64,000 nt of DNA, from positions 240,320 through 304,319 of the forward strand of contig JAXGZR010000004.1 in NCBI GenBank assembly GCA_040776885.1, written 5' to 3'. The stretch is from Desulfobulbus sp. (lineage in GTDB: Bacteria; Desulfobacterota; Desulfobulbia; Desulfobulbales; Desulfobulbaceae). The notes beneath the pieces were generated by a model, which was not told where the DNA came from, ran no database searches, and saw nothing but the letters and a program-made list of their open reading frames with translations. Every line of letters starts with the position of its first letter. Position 1 is the first letter of the stretch. Below are positions 12,028 to 21,510 of the stretch, piece by piece. The position numbers and the translations under genes are program-made.

Positions 12028-13515
12028 TTATTCGCCGCTTTCCGGCTTGAGCAGGGGAAAGAGGATCACGTCACGGATGGAGGCCGAATCGGTGAGCAAC
12101 ATCACCAGGCGATCAATGCCGATGCCTTCGCCAGCCGCAGGCGGCATGCCGTATTCCAGGGCGCGGATGTAGTCGTTGTCGAGCACTGGATGGATTTCTT
12201 CGTCATTGCCACGCTCATCGATTTGTTTTTGAAAACGCAGTCGCTGGTCAATGGGATCGTTGAGCTCGGAAAAGGCATTGGCAATCTCCCGGCCGGTGAT
12301 GAACAGTTCGAAACGGTCGGTTATGCTGGGGTCATCCTCGTTGCGTCGTGCCAAAGGCGACACTTCGGTGGGATATGAGGTGATGAAGGTGGGATCAACC
12401 AGCTTTTCCTCGACCAAGAGCTCGAAGAGTTCTGTCTTGGCCTTGCCTGCGCCGGCATCTGGCTGCAGAACAATACCCTTGGTTCTGGCCAGTTCCAACA
12501 GGGCCTGCTCGTTGGCAAGCAGGCCTGCATCCAGGCCGCCAATGCGCACCAAAGCCTCGTCCATGCTCAGCCGCCTCCAAGGCGGTGTCAGGTTGACTTC
12601 CCTGCCCTGGTAGACAATCTCCATGGAGCCGCAGACCATTTCCGCCAGCCAGGAAATGAGTTCTTCGGTGAGGTCCATCAGGTCGTGGTAGGTTACATAG
12701 GTCTGGTAAAACTCCAGCATGGTAAATTCCGGATTGTGCCGGGTGGAGATACCTTCGTTACGAAAGTTGCGGTTGATTTCAAACACCTTGTCAAAACCGC
12801 CCACGAGCAAGCGCTTGAGGTAGAGTTCCGGGGCGATGCGCAGGTACAGGTCCATGTCCAGCGCCTTGTGGTGGGTCATGAAGGGCTTGGCCGTGGCCCC
12901 GCCGGGTACGGGTTGCATCATAGGTGTTTCCACCTCAAGAAAGCCCCGGTCGCACAGAAATTCGCGGGTAAGGCGGATGATTTCCACCCGCTTGCGAAAC
13001 ACAGTGCTCACCTCGGGGTTGACAATCATATCCAGATAACGCTGACGATAACGGATTTCGACATCGGTCAGACCATGGAATTTTTCCGGCAAAGGTCTGA
13101 GTGACTTGGTGACCATGGTCAGCTTGGCAGCCTCCAGCGACAACTCGCCGGTCTTGGTTTTGAAGAGTCGGCCTTCAACACCGACAATGTCACCCACATC
13201 CCATTTTTTGAACAGTTCATAGGCTCCCTCGCCCAAAAGGTCACGGCGTGCATAGACCTGGATGTCGGCACTGGAGTCACGCAGGTGAAAAAAGGCAGCC
13301 TTGCCGAATTTACGCATGGACATGATCCGTCCGGCCACACGAAAAAGGGTGCCGGTCTCCTCATGCTCTTCGGCAACCAAGCTGGCTCCCAGGGGCAGTA
13401 GTTTGGTGATGCTTTGGGGATATTTGAAACGGTTACCATACAGGGGTACGCCTGCATCGGCTAGGGATTGGGCTTTTTCACGGCGTTGGGCTAGAAGACT
13501 GTTGAGATTGTCCAT
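12028..13515 (-). CDS. lysS: Lysyl-tRNA synthetase, class II
   Basis: YRQRYLD, LYLRIAPELYLKRL, RNFRNEG, HNPEFTMLEFY, YGMPPAAGEGIGIDRL. Start taken at MDNLNSLL (13515). Confidence 0.97.
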   Translation of the reverse strand: MDNLNSLLAQRREKAQSLADAGVPLYGNRFKYPQSITKLLPLGASLVAEEHEETGTLFRVAGRIMSMRKFGKAAFFHLRDSSADIQVYARRDLLGEGAYELFKKWDVGDIVGVEGRLFKTKTGELSLEAAKLTMVTKSLRPLPEKFHGLTDVEIRYRQRYLDMIVNPEVSTVFRKRVEIIRLTREFLCDRGFLEVETPMMQPVPGGATAKPFMTHHKALDMDLYLRIAPELYLKRLLVGGFDKVFEINRNFRNEGISTRHNPEFTMLEFYQTYVTYHDLMDLTEELISWLAEMVCGSMEIVYQGREVNLTPPWRRLSMDEALVRIGGLDAGLLANEQALLELARTKGIVLQPDAGAGKAKTELFELLVEEKLVDPTFITSYPTEVSPLARRNEDDPSITDRFELFITGREIANAFSELNDPIDQRLRFQKQIDERGNDEEIHPVLDNDYIRALEYGMPPAAGEGIGIDRLVMLLTDSASIRDVILFPLLKPESGE

Positions 13516-13595
13516 GTGATACTGTGCGGTTTTATTCTGCGGGTGAGGGTGAAAGTTTTGGCTGCGACTGTTCGCAGGCAATCCAGGAGCAAAAT

Positions 13596-14252
13596 CTATA
13601 GACCCAGATCCTGATTGATGAGCACGACTCGAATGCGCCCTTTGGGCCAGGATTTTTCGGTGATGGTCCAGGAGTTGCAAATGCGGTCCGGACTTTTGCA
13701 GTCCAGGCAGTGGCCGGTTTTTCTGCAGGGAGTTTTCATGTTGGTGTGGCGGAGGGCATTAATGGGGGCTGCGTAGTTCTTGATGCGCTCCATGGCTGTG
13801 GCCACATTGGTGGTAAGTTTGTTGCGGCCCACGCAGATCACCACATGCCTGGGACCAAAGGTGATCGCTGCAGTCCGATTGCCCACCATGTCCAGATTAA
13901 CCAGTTTGCCGTCTGCAGTGACTGCATTGCTGCCAGTGAAAAAGAGGTCGCAGAGCAGGGCGCGGCGACGGTTTTCCAAAAGTTCTTCCCTGGCCACACC
14001 GGGGATGAAGGTTTCGATCAGTTCAATGGCAGGGTTGTCCCGCAAGACCTCAAGAATGCCGGTGGCGCGCATGGTCAGGGAGTCGCCCCAGGAGGCACTG
14101 CGTACCGTGATGCCCGGCATGATCTCACCAAGGATAATCTCTTTGGCATCCTCTGCCGACTCGGCCTGGTACACGGCAAAATTGTTGGCGGCAAGTGCCT
14201 CGGCGCAGCGGCCAAGTCGCAGTTGCCAGTAGTTTTTTATGTCAACAGACAT
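13596..14252 (-). CDS. LUD-domain (LutC/DUF162-like) protein
   Basis: DLFFTGSNAVTADGKLVNLDMVGNRTAAITFGP, GRNKL, C-terminal PCRKTGHCLDCKSPDRIC. Confidence 0.85.
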   Translation of the reverse strand: MSVDIKNYWQLRLGRCAEALAANNFAVYQAESAEDAKEIILGEIMPGITVRSASWGDSLTMRATGILEVLRDNPAIELIETFIPGVAREELLENRRRALLCDLFFTGSNAVTADGKLVNLDMVGNRTAAITFGPRHVVICVGRNKLTTNVATAMERIKNYAAPINALRHTNMKTPCRKTGHCLDCKSPDRICNSWTITEKSWPKGRIRVVLINQDLGL

Positions 14253-14511
14253 GTTTGTTCCAGTGTGAAAGAAGAGCTGCCGTACAAGTATATCTACCTA
14301 GCATAGTTGCTGCATCGCTGCACGGTCAATTTTTTCCATGAAGATTGTTTGCTTCCGCCTCTGCAGGGCTGTCAACGCCTGGCATGGTTCCTGTTTTCTG
14401 GTGTCTTGGTGTGTCCATCTCCCAGGCCTGCTGCCTTTTTCAGTATCCCTGTTTGTGCTGGCGGGCAGTATACAAAACAAAAAAGCAAATAATTAGTGAT
14501 TGCAAAAAAAG

Positions 14512-14530
14512 TTAGGTTAGGCTAATTAAG
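14512..14530. promoter_or_regulatory. DtxR/MntR-type metal box upstream of feoA
   Basis: TTAGGTTAGGCTAATTAAG; the first 14 nt match 13/14 to the DtxR consensus TTAGGTTAGCCTAA. Lies 6 bp downstream of a TTGCAA -35-like hexamer (14500-14505). Confidence 0.6.
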
Positions 14531-14611
14531 GTGTAAAAAATGCTTCCTCCATAGGTATGCATAGGCATGGAGAAAGCACATCTGTTTTTTCTACATCAAA
14601 TGGAGCACAAC

Positions 14612-14872
14612 ATGTCTCTCCATCGACGCCAGCACGGCAAAAGAAGATGTTGCCGACTTACCGACCTGCAGCCCGGAGATCGGGCCCGCATCCGCTGCCA
14701 CCATACCCAGGGGGCCACCCGTCAACGCCTGCTGGATTTGGGTTTTGTCCCGCAGGTACAGGTAGATGTGATACGCCGGGCCCCCTTGGGTGACCCCATT
14801 GAGTGCCAGATAGACACCTTTAAAGTTGCCTTGCGCCTGGCTGAGGCCGCACTCATCGAAGTGGAACGATAA
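14612..14872 (+). CDS. feoA: Ferrous iron transport protein A
   Basis: RQRLLDLGFVPQVQVDVIRRAPLGDPIE...VALRLAEA; GGAG RBS. Confidence 0.93.
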   Translation: MSLHRRQHGKRRCCRLTDLQPGDRARIRCHHTQGATRQRLLDLGFVPQVQVDVIRRAPLGDPIECQIDTFKVALRLAEAALIEVER

Positions 14873-14921
14873 CCGCAGGACGTTAGCCATTTTTTAACTG
14901 CTCACCCTTAAGGATAGACTC

Positions 14922-17441
14922 ATGGTCTCTGTGCCTGTCTCAAAAAAAACGCTGTGCGTCGGCTTGGCCGGGCAGCAAAATGCCGGTAAATCAACGGTTT
15001 TTAATATGCTTACCGGAGCGAACCAGCATATTGCCAACTATCCCGGTGTGACGGTCGACAAAAAAACAGGGTATTGCATCTACCAGGGTGTGCGGATGGA
15101 GGTTGTCGATTTGCCCGGCACCTACAGCCTCACCTCTTTTTCCCTGGAAGAGCGGGTGGCGCGCGATTTTCTCATCCACGACAAGCCCGATCTTATTGTC
15201 AATGTGGTGGATGCCTCCACATTGAAGCGCAGTCTTTATTTTACTTTTCAAATCATGGAGATGGGTCTGCCGGTGGTGCTGGGCCTCAACATGATGGATG
15301 TGGCCCGAAAAAACGGCATCACCATCGATATTGCCAATCTGGAGCATCATTTGGGGGTGCGGGCCATTCCCCTGATCGGCCGGAAACGCATTGGTAAAAA
15401 GGAGTTGCAGGATGCTATTTTGGCCACGGCCGGGCAGTCGGAGCGCAGCATGCTCCGCATCTCCTACGAAGAGCTTGACGCGGATATTCACACCTTGCAG
15501 CAGCAGGTTGAAACAGCCGGGTTGAGTGTAACCTATCCTGGCCGCTGGCTGGCCATCAAGCTGCTTGAAGGCGACAACGAAGCCGAGCGGATCGTGAATG
15601 GGGCCCTGGGGCCGGACAATCAGCTTGTGCAGTCAGCCAGGCGCGCGCGAACCGCCTTTGCAGACGCACACTATATGGATGTGGCCGACTATATGGTCGG
15701 TTGCCGGGACAAGCTGGCCAGCACCATTGTGCAGTCCTGCGTCAAGGAAAGCCGCAAAGACCGGGTTTCCCTGTCTGACCGGATCGACATGGTTGTGTTG
15801 AACCGGCTGGCAGCGCCAATTTTCCTGATTGCCACGGTTTTTCTTATTTATCAGCTCTCTATTGTAAAGGGCTACGAACTGACCCAGTACTGGTGGCCTT
15901 TCCTGGCCAAGTTCAGGGCCCTGGTGGCCAGTATTCTGCCCGATGCCGGCATGTTGGAAGACAGCTACCTGCGATCCATGGGCCTGTGGATGGTGGATTC
16001 GGCCAATGCCCTGCTCAACTACATCCCAATTTTTCTGATCCTCTTCTCGTTGATCGCCATTCTCGAAGACAGCGGCTATATGGCAAGGATTGCCTTTATT
16101 TTAGATAAGCTGCTGCATTCCTTTGGTTTGCACGGCCAATCAACTCTGCCCTATATCCTGGGCGGCGTCTTTGCCGGCGGTTGCGCTGTGCCCGGGGTTA
16201 TGGCCACCAAGGGCATTCCTGATCATCGCTCCCGTATGGCCACGATCTTGACCGTTCCCTACATGAACTGCCTGGCCAAGATTCCCTTTTACACCCTGCT
16301 CATTAACGTCTTTTTTGCGCCGTACAAGTCATGGGCCATGCTGTTCTTATCCACCATCACCATCTTTGTGGCGCTTTTGGTGGCGCGTTTGCTCGCGGCC
16401 ACGGTGTTGAGAACCACCGAAACCGCTTCCTTTGTTATGGAACTGCCGCGCTACCATGCACCCACCCTGTTTGGCGTGGGCCAACGGGCCATTGAGCGCA
16501 CCTGGCAGTACATCAAGAAGGTGGGCACCATTGTGGTGGCTGTTTCGGTATGCGTTTTTACCCTGTTGCAGTTCCCCGGCATCGGCCAAGACAGGATGGC
16601 CGGATTCCAACAGCAGATGGATGAGGCAGTGGCCAAGTTTCGCAGGGATATTCAGACAGGCGGCTACAGCAGCCGGCTCCAAGATGACGAGGCTCTGCTC
16701 CGCCTGATCAATGTGCAGAGTGCCTACAGAGCCGCCAGGCTCACGGTGAGCGGTGCAGAGGGCGCCCGCAGGTTGGATGCCCGTTATGAAGCGAAATATC
16801 CGGATTTGTTTCCGCTGCTGAAGGCCAGGGGCGACAAGGAGGCACAAGTGGTGAACAGGGCCCTGCGGCAGCTGTCGTCCACACGCGAGCTGCTGCGCCG
16901 GCAGATCAAAGAGGCCCAGATCGAAGCCAGTTTTTTGGGGATGATCGGGCGCTCGCTTGAGCCACTCACCCACTGGGCCGGTTTCAACTGGAAGATCAAT
17001 GTGGCGATCCTTTCCTCCTTTGCCGCCAGAGAGTCCAGCGTCGCCACCATTGGCGTACTCTACCAGCAGGGTGCGGACGAAAGTAAGAGCCTGGAGGAGC
17101 GGATGGGCTCGGAGGCCAGTGACAGCAATTTTACGCCGCTGCATGCCTTGGCGATCATGGTCTTTTTTGCTCTGTACCCGCCCTGCCTGGCCACCACCAT
17201 CATGATCAAGGTGCAAACCGGTTCATATAAATGGATGCTCTTTTCCATTTTCTTTCCCACCGCCCTGGGTTTTATCGCGGCGGTTTTCATCTTTACCGGC
17301 GGTCGCGCCTTGGGGTTCAGCGGCATTCAGATGATGGGCGTGTTTTACGCGCTGGTGGTGCTGCTCACTCTTTTTACCGGGTTTTTCAAATCGTGGCGGG
17401 CCCAGCCGCACCAGGTGCAGGCCAAGATACCTGTAACCTGA
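14922..17441 (+). CDS. feoB: Ferrous iron transporter B
   Basis: G1 GQQNAGKS, NYPGVTVD, DLPGTYSL, NMMD; ILEDSGYMAR, FAARE, LYPPCLAT; large hydrophilic insertion between TM blocks. Confidence 0.96.
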   Translation: MVSVPVSKKTLCVGLAGQQNAGKSTVFNMLTGANQHIANYPGVTVDKKTGYCIYQGVRMEVVDLPGTYSLTSFSLEERVARDFLIHDKPDLIVNVVDASTLKRSLYFTFQIMEMGLPVVLGLNMMDVARKNGITIDIANLEHHLGVRAIPLIGRKRIGKKELQDAILATAGQSERSMLRISYEELDADIHTLQQQVETAGLSVTYPGRWLAIKLLEGDNEAERIVNGALGPDNQLVQSARRARTAFADAHYMDVADYMVGCRDKLASTIVQSCVKESRKDRVSLSDRIDMVVLNRLAAPIFLIATVFLIYQLSIVKGYELTQYWWPFLAKFRALVASILPDAGMLEDSYLRSMGLWMVDSANALLNYIPIFLILFSLIAILEDSGYMARIAFILDKLLHSFGLHGQSTLPYILGGVFAGGCAVPGVMATKGIPDHRSRMATILTVPYMNCLAKIPFYTLLINVFFAPYKSWAMLFLSTITIFVALLVARLLAATVLRTTETASFVMELPRYHAPTLFGVGQRAIERTWQYIKKVGTIVVAVSVCVFTLLQFPGIGQDRMAGFQQQMDEAVAKFRRDIQTGGYSSRLQDDEALLRLINVQSAYRAARLTVSGAEGARRLDARYEAKYPDLFPLLKARGDKEAQVVNRALRQLSSTRELLRRQIKEAQIEASFLGMIGRSLEPLTHWAGFNWKINVAILSSFAARESSVATIGVLYQQGADESKSLEERMGSEASDSNFTPLHALAIMVFFALYPPCLATTIMIKVQTGSYKWMLFSIFFPTALGFIAAVFIFTGGRALGFSGIQMMGVFYALVVLLTLFTGFFKSWRAQPHQVQAKIPVT

Positions 17442-17479
17442 CAGAAGCCGGCAAGCTTTGACGAATCTTACCGGAGGAC

Positions 17480-18373
17480 ATGATGCAAAAATTTTTACCA
17501 GGACCAGTATTGTTGCGGTCAAGGTTTTGGTGCCGCTTTTCCATATGGGGCATCATTGCGCTGCTGGTGCAGTGCCTCTTTGCCGGCCATGCTGCTGCGC
17601 ATTCATTGTTTATTCAATCCGGCAGGTTTCAGGTCAATCAGGGCAAGGCTTCGCCCCTCTTCTTCTGCTATGGTCACCACTTTCCGGTGGACGATGCCAT
17701 CCAGCGGGAAAAATTGGCCTATGTGCGGGTGGTTGCGCCTGATCAGAGCAAAAGCGATGTGGCTCTGCGCCCTGGGCGCTCCCTGCATTCATACCTGATT
17801 ACATACAAAGAACCCGGCACCTATGTGCTGGCTGCTGAAACTGTGCCGGGCTATTTTGCCATGTATCTGGATAAAAAAGGACGTCAACGCCATTCACTCA
17901 AACCCTTGAGCGCTTTTGTCGATGATGCCCAAGAAGTCCGCGCCAGCATGCGCAGCAGCCAGTGGGCCAAGGCCTATGTCTTTAGCGAGAAAGCTTCTGA
18001 ACCAGCCCCAGGCCCGCTTGGGCTGCCCCTGGAGCTGGTGCCTGCAGCCAACCTGGCAGAGCTTAAAGAGGGCGATAACCTGGCTTTTCAGGTGTATGCC
18101 CACAAGAAACCATACAGCGGCGAGGGTGTTTGGGATGCCACCTACATGGGGTTTTCCACTGAGCCGGAAGATATGTATATTCCGCAGACTAAGAGCGCAG
18201 ACGGCAGGTTCACGGTACCGGTTGATCATGCCGGCCGCTGGTTTGTGCGATTTTTTACCAAAAACCCTGCACCAGCCGCTGCCGCCGGTGAATACTTAAC
18301 CGAGAAGCAAACCACTACCTTTGTCTTTGAGGTGCGCAACACGCGCAAGCGGCCTCAAAGCGACAGCCATTAA
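17480..18373 (+). CDS. Periplasmic DUF4198-type (CbiK/NikM-associated) protein, paralog 1
   Basis: Signal peptide ending AAAH, YGHHFP, GLPLELVP, GRWFVR; directly after feoB with GGAGGA RBS. Confidence 0.7.
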   Translation: MMQKFLPGPVLLRSRFWCRFSIWGIIALLVQCLFAGHAAAHSLFIQSGRFQVNQGKASPLFFCYGHHFPVDDAIQREKLAYVRVVAPDQSKSDVALRPGRSLHSYLITYKEPGTYVLAAETVPGYFAMYLDKKGRQRHSLKPLSAFVDDAQEVRASMRSSQWAKAYVFSEKASEPAPGPLGLPLELVPAANLAELKEGDNLAFQVYAHKKPYSGEGVWDATYMGFSTEPEDMYIPQTKSADGRFTVPVDHAGRWFVRFFTKNPAPAAAAGEYLTEKQTTTFVFEVRNTRKRPQSDSH

Positions 18374-18546
18374 ATGTTAAGCGCTAAGAGCCCTGTCGCG
18401 CTGCGGCCTTGTTGGCTGGTGCCGGGCAGTATGATGCACTGCATATCTTTATAACTCCGTATATATCAGCATATATTTGCATGGGCCACGGTCAAGTCGG
18501 CCAGGCTGCAACTCAGCAAAATTAAGCGATGCCGTCAACAGGGTAT

Positions 18547-18677
18547 TTCCAGTTCCAGGTGAAAGGCATGAGGTAAAAAGGCGAGAAATTTGCAAGACCT
18601 GTGCTGGTGTGCGTCTGCTCTCTTTGCAACAGGCAGCCCTTGGAAACGTAAAAAGGTTCTTTGCCCTGGAACTGGAA
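18547..18677. repeat. Perfect 13-bp inverted repeat TTCCAGTTCCAGG / CCTGGAACTGGAA, 105 bp apart
   Basis: Arms at 18547-18559 and 18665-18677 in a 570-bp intergenic gap. Confidence 0.6.
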
Positions 18678-18797
18678 TGCCTCCCATGGCTGCAGCCCTT
18701 TGGCTCGTTTTTCAGACCGTATGTTTTATTTCGCCTACCTTCCTAATTATCTGAAGCTCTTTCCATTTTTTTAATTGCTGCGGGCAGGTAAAAAAGC

Positions 18798-18850
18798 TTG
18801 ACAGAAGAATGCAGGTGTATCATGATGCTAATAATATTAGTCAAGTCTAA
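18798..18850 (+). promoter_or_regulatory. Sigma70-like promoter (TTGACA-17-CATGAT) followed by a second TTAG-N6-CTAA box
   Basis: TTGACA 18798-18803, CATGAT 18821-18826, TTAGTCAAGTCTAA 18837-18850 in AT-rich flanks. Confidence 0.55.
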
Positions 18851-18943
18851 ATAAATTAGCTCATCCTTTATCTTGGGCAGACAGGAAACAAAGAACAACC
18901 ATAAACAAGCAAAACAAAAACCACTGATGGAGGAGTTGTACTT

Positions 18944-19282
18944 ATGTGGCGAAGTAAGAAGTCAGCTGTCAAGAAACTGGGCTATGGGGCCTTGTTGTCG
19001 ATCTTTTTATGGGCCGGCCAGGCCTGGGCCCATACCCCCCTGTGCTCATGCTACGATAACGGTGACGGCAGCATAACCTGCGAAGGAGGTTATTCCGATG
19101 GCTCATCCGCAGCCGGCGTGAAGATGCGGGTTGAACAAGAGGATGGGGCTGTGCTGCAAGAAGGGCAGATGAATGCAACCAGCGAATTTACCTTTGATAA
19201 GCCGGCAGGTGCCTACAAGGTTGTATTTGACGGCGGCGAAGGCCACAGGATTGAAGTTAGCGGCAAGGATATTCTTGAATAA
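18944..19282 (+). CDS. Small exported protein (CbiL/NikL N-terminal-like, HTPLCSC motif)
   Basis: Signal peptide ending AWAH, HTPLCSCYDNGDGSITCEGGYSDGS, C-terminal GEGH; GGAGGAG RBS. Confidence 0.7.
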   Translation: MWRSKKSAVKKLGYGALLSIFLWAGQAWAHTPLCSCYDNGDGSITCEGGYSDGSSAAGVKMRVEQEDGAVLQEGQMNATSEFTFDKPAGAYKVVFDGGEGHRIEVSGKDILE

Positions 19283-19361
19283 GGCACGATGGTTTGTGCA
19301 GGACGCTCCATGCGCGGCTGTACAGGCAAGATGAATACAAGAGGACAAGAGGAGAAAGTAC

Positions 19362-20174
19362 ATGAAAAAGTTTGTGAGTGCCCTGGTCTGCCTGGCGTTC
19401 CTTGCGCCGGCCGCACCAGCATTGGCCCATTTTCAAATTATCTACACGCCGGAAATGGCCATGAAGGAGGGCGGGAAAATCGATTTGGCCCTGGTCTTTT
19501 CTCACCCCTTTGATGCCGGTCACACCATGGACATGGGCGAGCCGGAGCAATTTTTCGTTATTCGCAGCCGGGGTGAGAATCCGCCGCAGAAAACTGATTT
19601 GCTCAAAACGCTTAAACCCATCACCTGGGCCAGTCTGACCAATAGCGGCAAGGCCTGGGAGACCAACTATGCCGTCAGGGGGGGCGACTATATTTTTTGC
19701 CTGGTTCCCCAGCCCTACTATGAACCGGAAGAGGAGTCCTATATCAAGCAGAACACCAAGCTGATTGTCAATGTGGGCGGCGAGCCCGGAGCCTGGATGG
19801 AGCCGGTGGGCTTGCCTGCGGAAATTGTCCCCTTAAATAAACCGTATGACCGCTGGACCGGCAATGTGTTTCAAGGAAAGGTGCTTTTGCACGGCAAACC
19901 TGTAGCTGGCGCAGAAATTGAAATTGAATATCTGAACCACGAGCCCCTGCTCGACGAAAAGGCCTTTGCCAAAAAAGCGGCGGTGGCAGCGCCCCAGGAA
20001 GCCTTTGCCTTACAGACCATTTTTGCCGATGACAACGGCATCTTTACCTTTGGTATCCCCAAGGCCGGCTGGTGGGGCTTTGCCGCCCTGGATCTGGATC
20101 CTGCATACACCTATAAAGGCAAAAAATGCTCCCAAGATGCGGTCATCTGGATGAAGGCCGTTGATATGCAATAA
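19362..20174 (+). CDS. Periplasmic DUF4198-type protein, paralog 2
   Basis: ALAHFQ, FSHPF..GHTMDMG, PVGLPAEIVPL, FQGKVLLHGKPVAGAEIEIEY, GWWGFAAL. Confidence 0.85.
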   Translation: MKKFVSALVCLAFLAPAAPALAHFQIIYTPEMAMKEGGKIDLALVFSHPFDAGHTMDMGEPEQFFVIRSRGENPPQKTDLLKTLKPITWASLTNSGKAWETNYAVRGGDYIFCLVPQPYYEPEEESYIKQNTKLIVNVGGEPGAWMEPVGLPAEIVPLNKPYDRWTGNVFQGKVLLHGKPVAGAEIEIEYLNHEPLLDEKAFAKKAAVAAPQEAFALQTIFADDNGIFTFGIPKAGWWGFAALDLDPAYTYKGKKCSQDAVIWMKAVDMQ

Positions 20175-20373
20175 ATTTTTCAGCTCCTCCAGGAGGCGTC
20201 ACCGGGCATTTTCTCGCACTCACCTTTTGCCACCTGTGCCCGGTGGCGTATTTGTTCCCAACTCTTTACCAGAGGAATAGAAGCTATTACGCGGGGCTGC
20301 AAAGATACGCTTTGTGGTCCTTGCGCAGGTGAGAGGGATATTTTTTTATCAAATTTCATGAGGCTTGTGCACG

Positions 20374-20568
20374 ATGAGTTCTACCCTGCAAATCATCATT
20401 GTGGCCGCCATCGTAGCCGGTGCCGGCTGGTATTTGTACCGCCGCTTTAAACGCATGCTCGACCCAAACCAGCCTGCATGCGGTTGCGGCTGCGGGAAAA
20501 GCTGCGCGGCACAGCCCCCTGCTGAAGCAGAGGAAAATAAGGCCCACATTACGCCTGGGCACAACTAA
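20374..20568 (+). CDS. FeoB-associated Cys-rich small membrane protein
   Basis: Single TM (QIIIVAAIVAGAGWYLYRR) followed by ACGCGCGKSC. Confidence 0.85.
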   Translation: MSSTLQIIIVAAIVAGAGWYLYRRFKRMLDPNQPACGCGCGKSCAAQPPAEAEENKAHITPGHN

Positions 20569-20592
20569 ATTTTTTCAACAACGGAGGTAACG

Positions 20593-21375
20593 ATGCATCG
20601 GCTGATGAGCATTTTTGTCTTGGCGTTTTCCCTGGTCTTGCCCTGGCAGGCCTTTGCCCATGATTTTTGGGTGAATGCGTCCTACGAGGTCGCAACCCAG
20701 CAAGTTACTGCCCAAATTGGCTATGGTCATGGTTTCCCTGCTCCGGAAGCAATTGCTGCAGACCGGTTGCACATTTTCAAGCCGCTTCGCCTGCTGAGCA
20801 GTGAAGGCACCACCGAAATGCACCAAAAGGGAGAAAATTATGCCTATGAGCTGGCGGCAGCATTGGAAAAAGGCAGCTATCTTGTGCTGGGAGACTATAC
20901 ACCCACCTTCTGGTCCAAAAATGCAGCCGGCTGGAAACAGGCCAACCGTACCCAGATGCCGGACGCCAGCTATTGCGAAGAAGCGGTGATGAGTGCCAAA
21001 GCCATCTTGAATGTGGATGGCAGCATTGCTAGCGAACTGGTCACCCAAGCGGTCGGCCAGCCGCTCGAGATTGTCCCCCAGGTGGATCCCGCCACTGTAC
21101 AGCCCGGAGAAGTCTTTCCCGTACAAGTGCTGTATGAGGGGAAGCCCGTTAAAACCGCCGAACTGACGGCCACCTTCGAGGGATTTTCCGAAAAGGAAAG
21201 TAAGGTCTTTTATGGCCGAACTGACCTCAATGGCATGATTGACATTATTCCGCTCAAGGCGGGCTACTGGCTGGCCAAGGTACAGCACAAAGTTCCCTAT
21301 ACAGCAGATACCAAGGTGTGCGACGAGATTGTTGCGGTAGCCACCCTGAGCTTCCACATTGGGGAACAAAGGTAA
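20593..21375 (+). CDS. Periplasmic DUF4198-type protein, paralog 3
   Basis: AFAHDFWV, IGYGHGFP, GQPLEIVP, VQVLYEGKPV, GYWLAKVQH; ACGGAGG RBS. Confidence 0.85.
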   Translation: MHRLMSIFVLAFSLVLPWQAFAHDFWVNASYEVATQQVTAQIGYGHGFPAPEAIAADRLHIFKPLRLLSSEGTTEMHQKGENYAYELAAALEKGSYLVLGDYTPTFWSKNAAGWKQANRTQMPDASYCEEAVMSAKAILNVDGSIASELVTQAVGQPLEIVPQVDPATVQPGEVFPVQVLYEGKPVKTAELTATFEGFSEKESKVFYGRTDLNGMIDIIPLKAGYWLAKVQHKVPYTADTKVCDEIVAVATLSFHIGEQR

Positions 21376-21510
21376 AATTTATGCAGGAGTTGTCGGTTGG
21401 ACAAGTGGATGCTAGTCCTGTGGCCAGCATCCACTACAGGAAAAAGTGCTTGCCTGCGCAGCAAAACAACACGATCGCTGATCGACTGCTTTTTTGCTAC
21501 CAAACTGTGC

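Noticed and set aside
13516-13680. 55-aa N-terminal extension of LysS in the ORF track
   Set aside because: Overlaps the LUD gene and is low-complexity; the LysS-like sequence starts at MDNLNS.
20197-20249. Stem-loop between DUF4198 paralog 2 and the Cys-rich peptide
   Set aside because: Ordinary intercistronic stabilising or terminating hairpin; nothing unusual.
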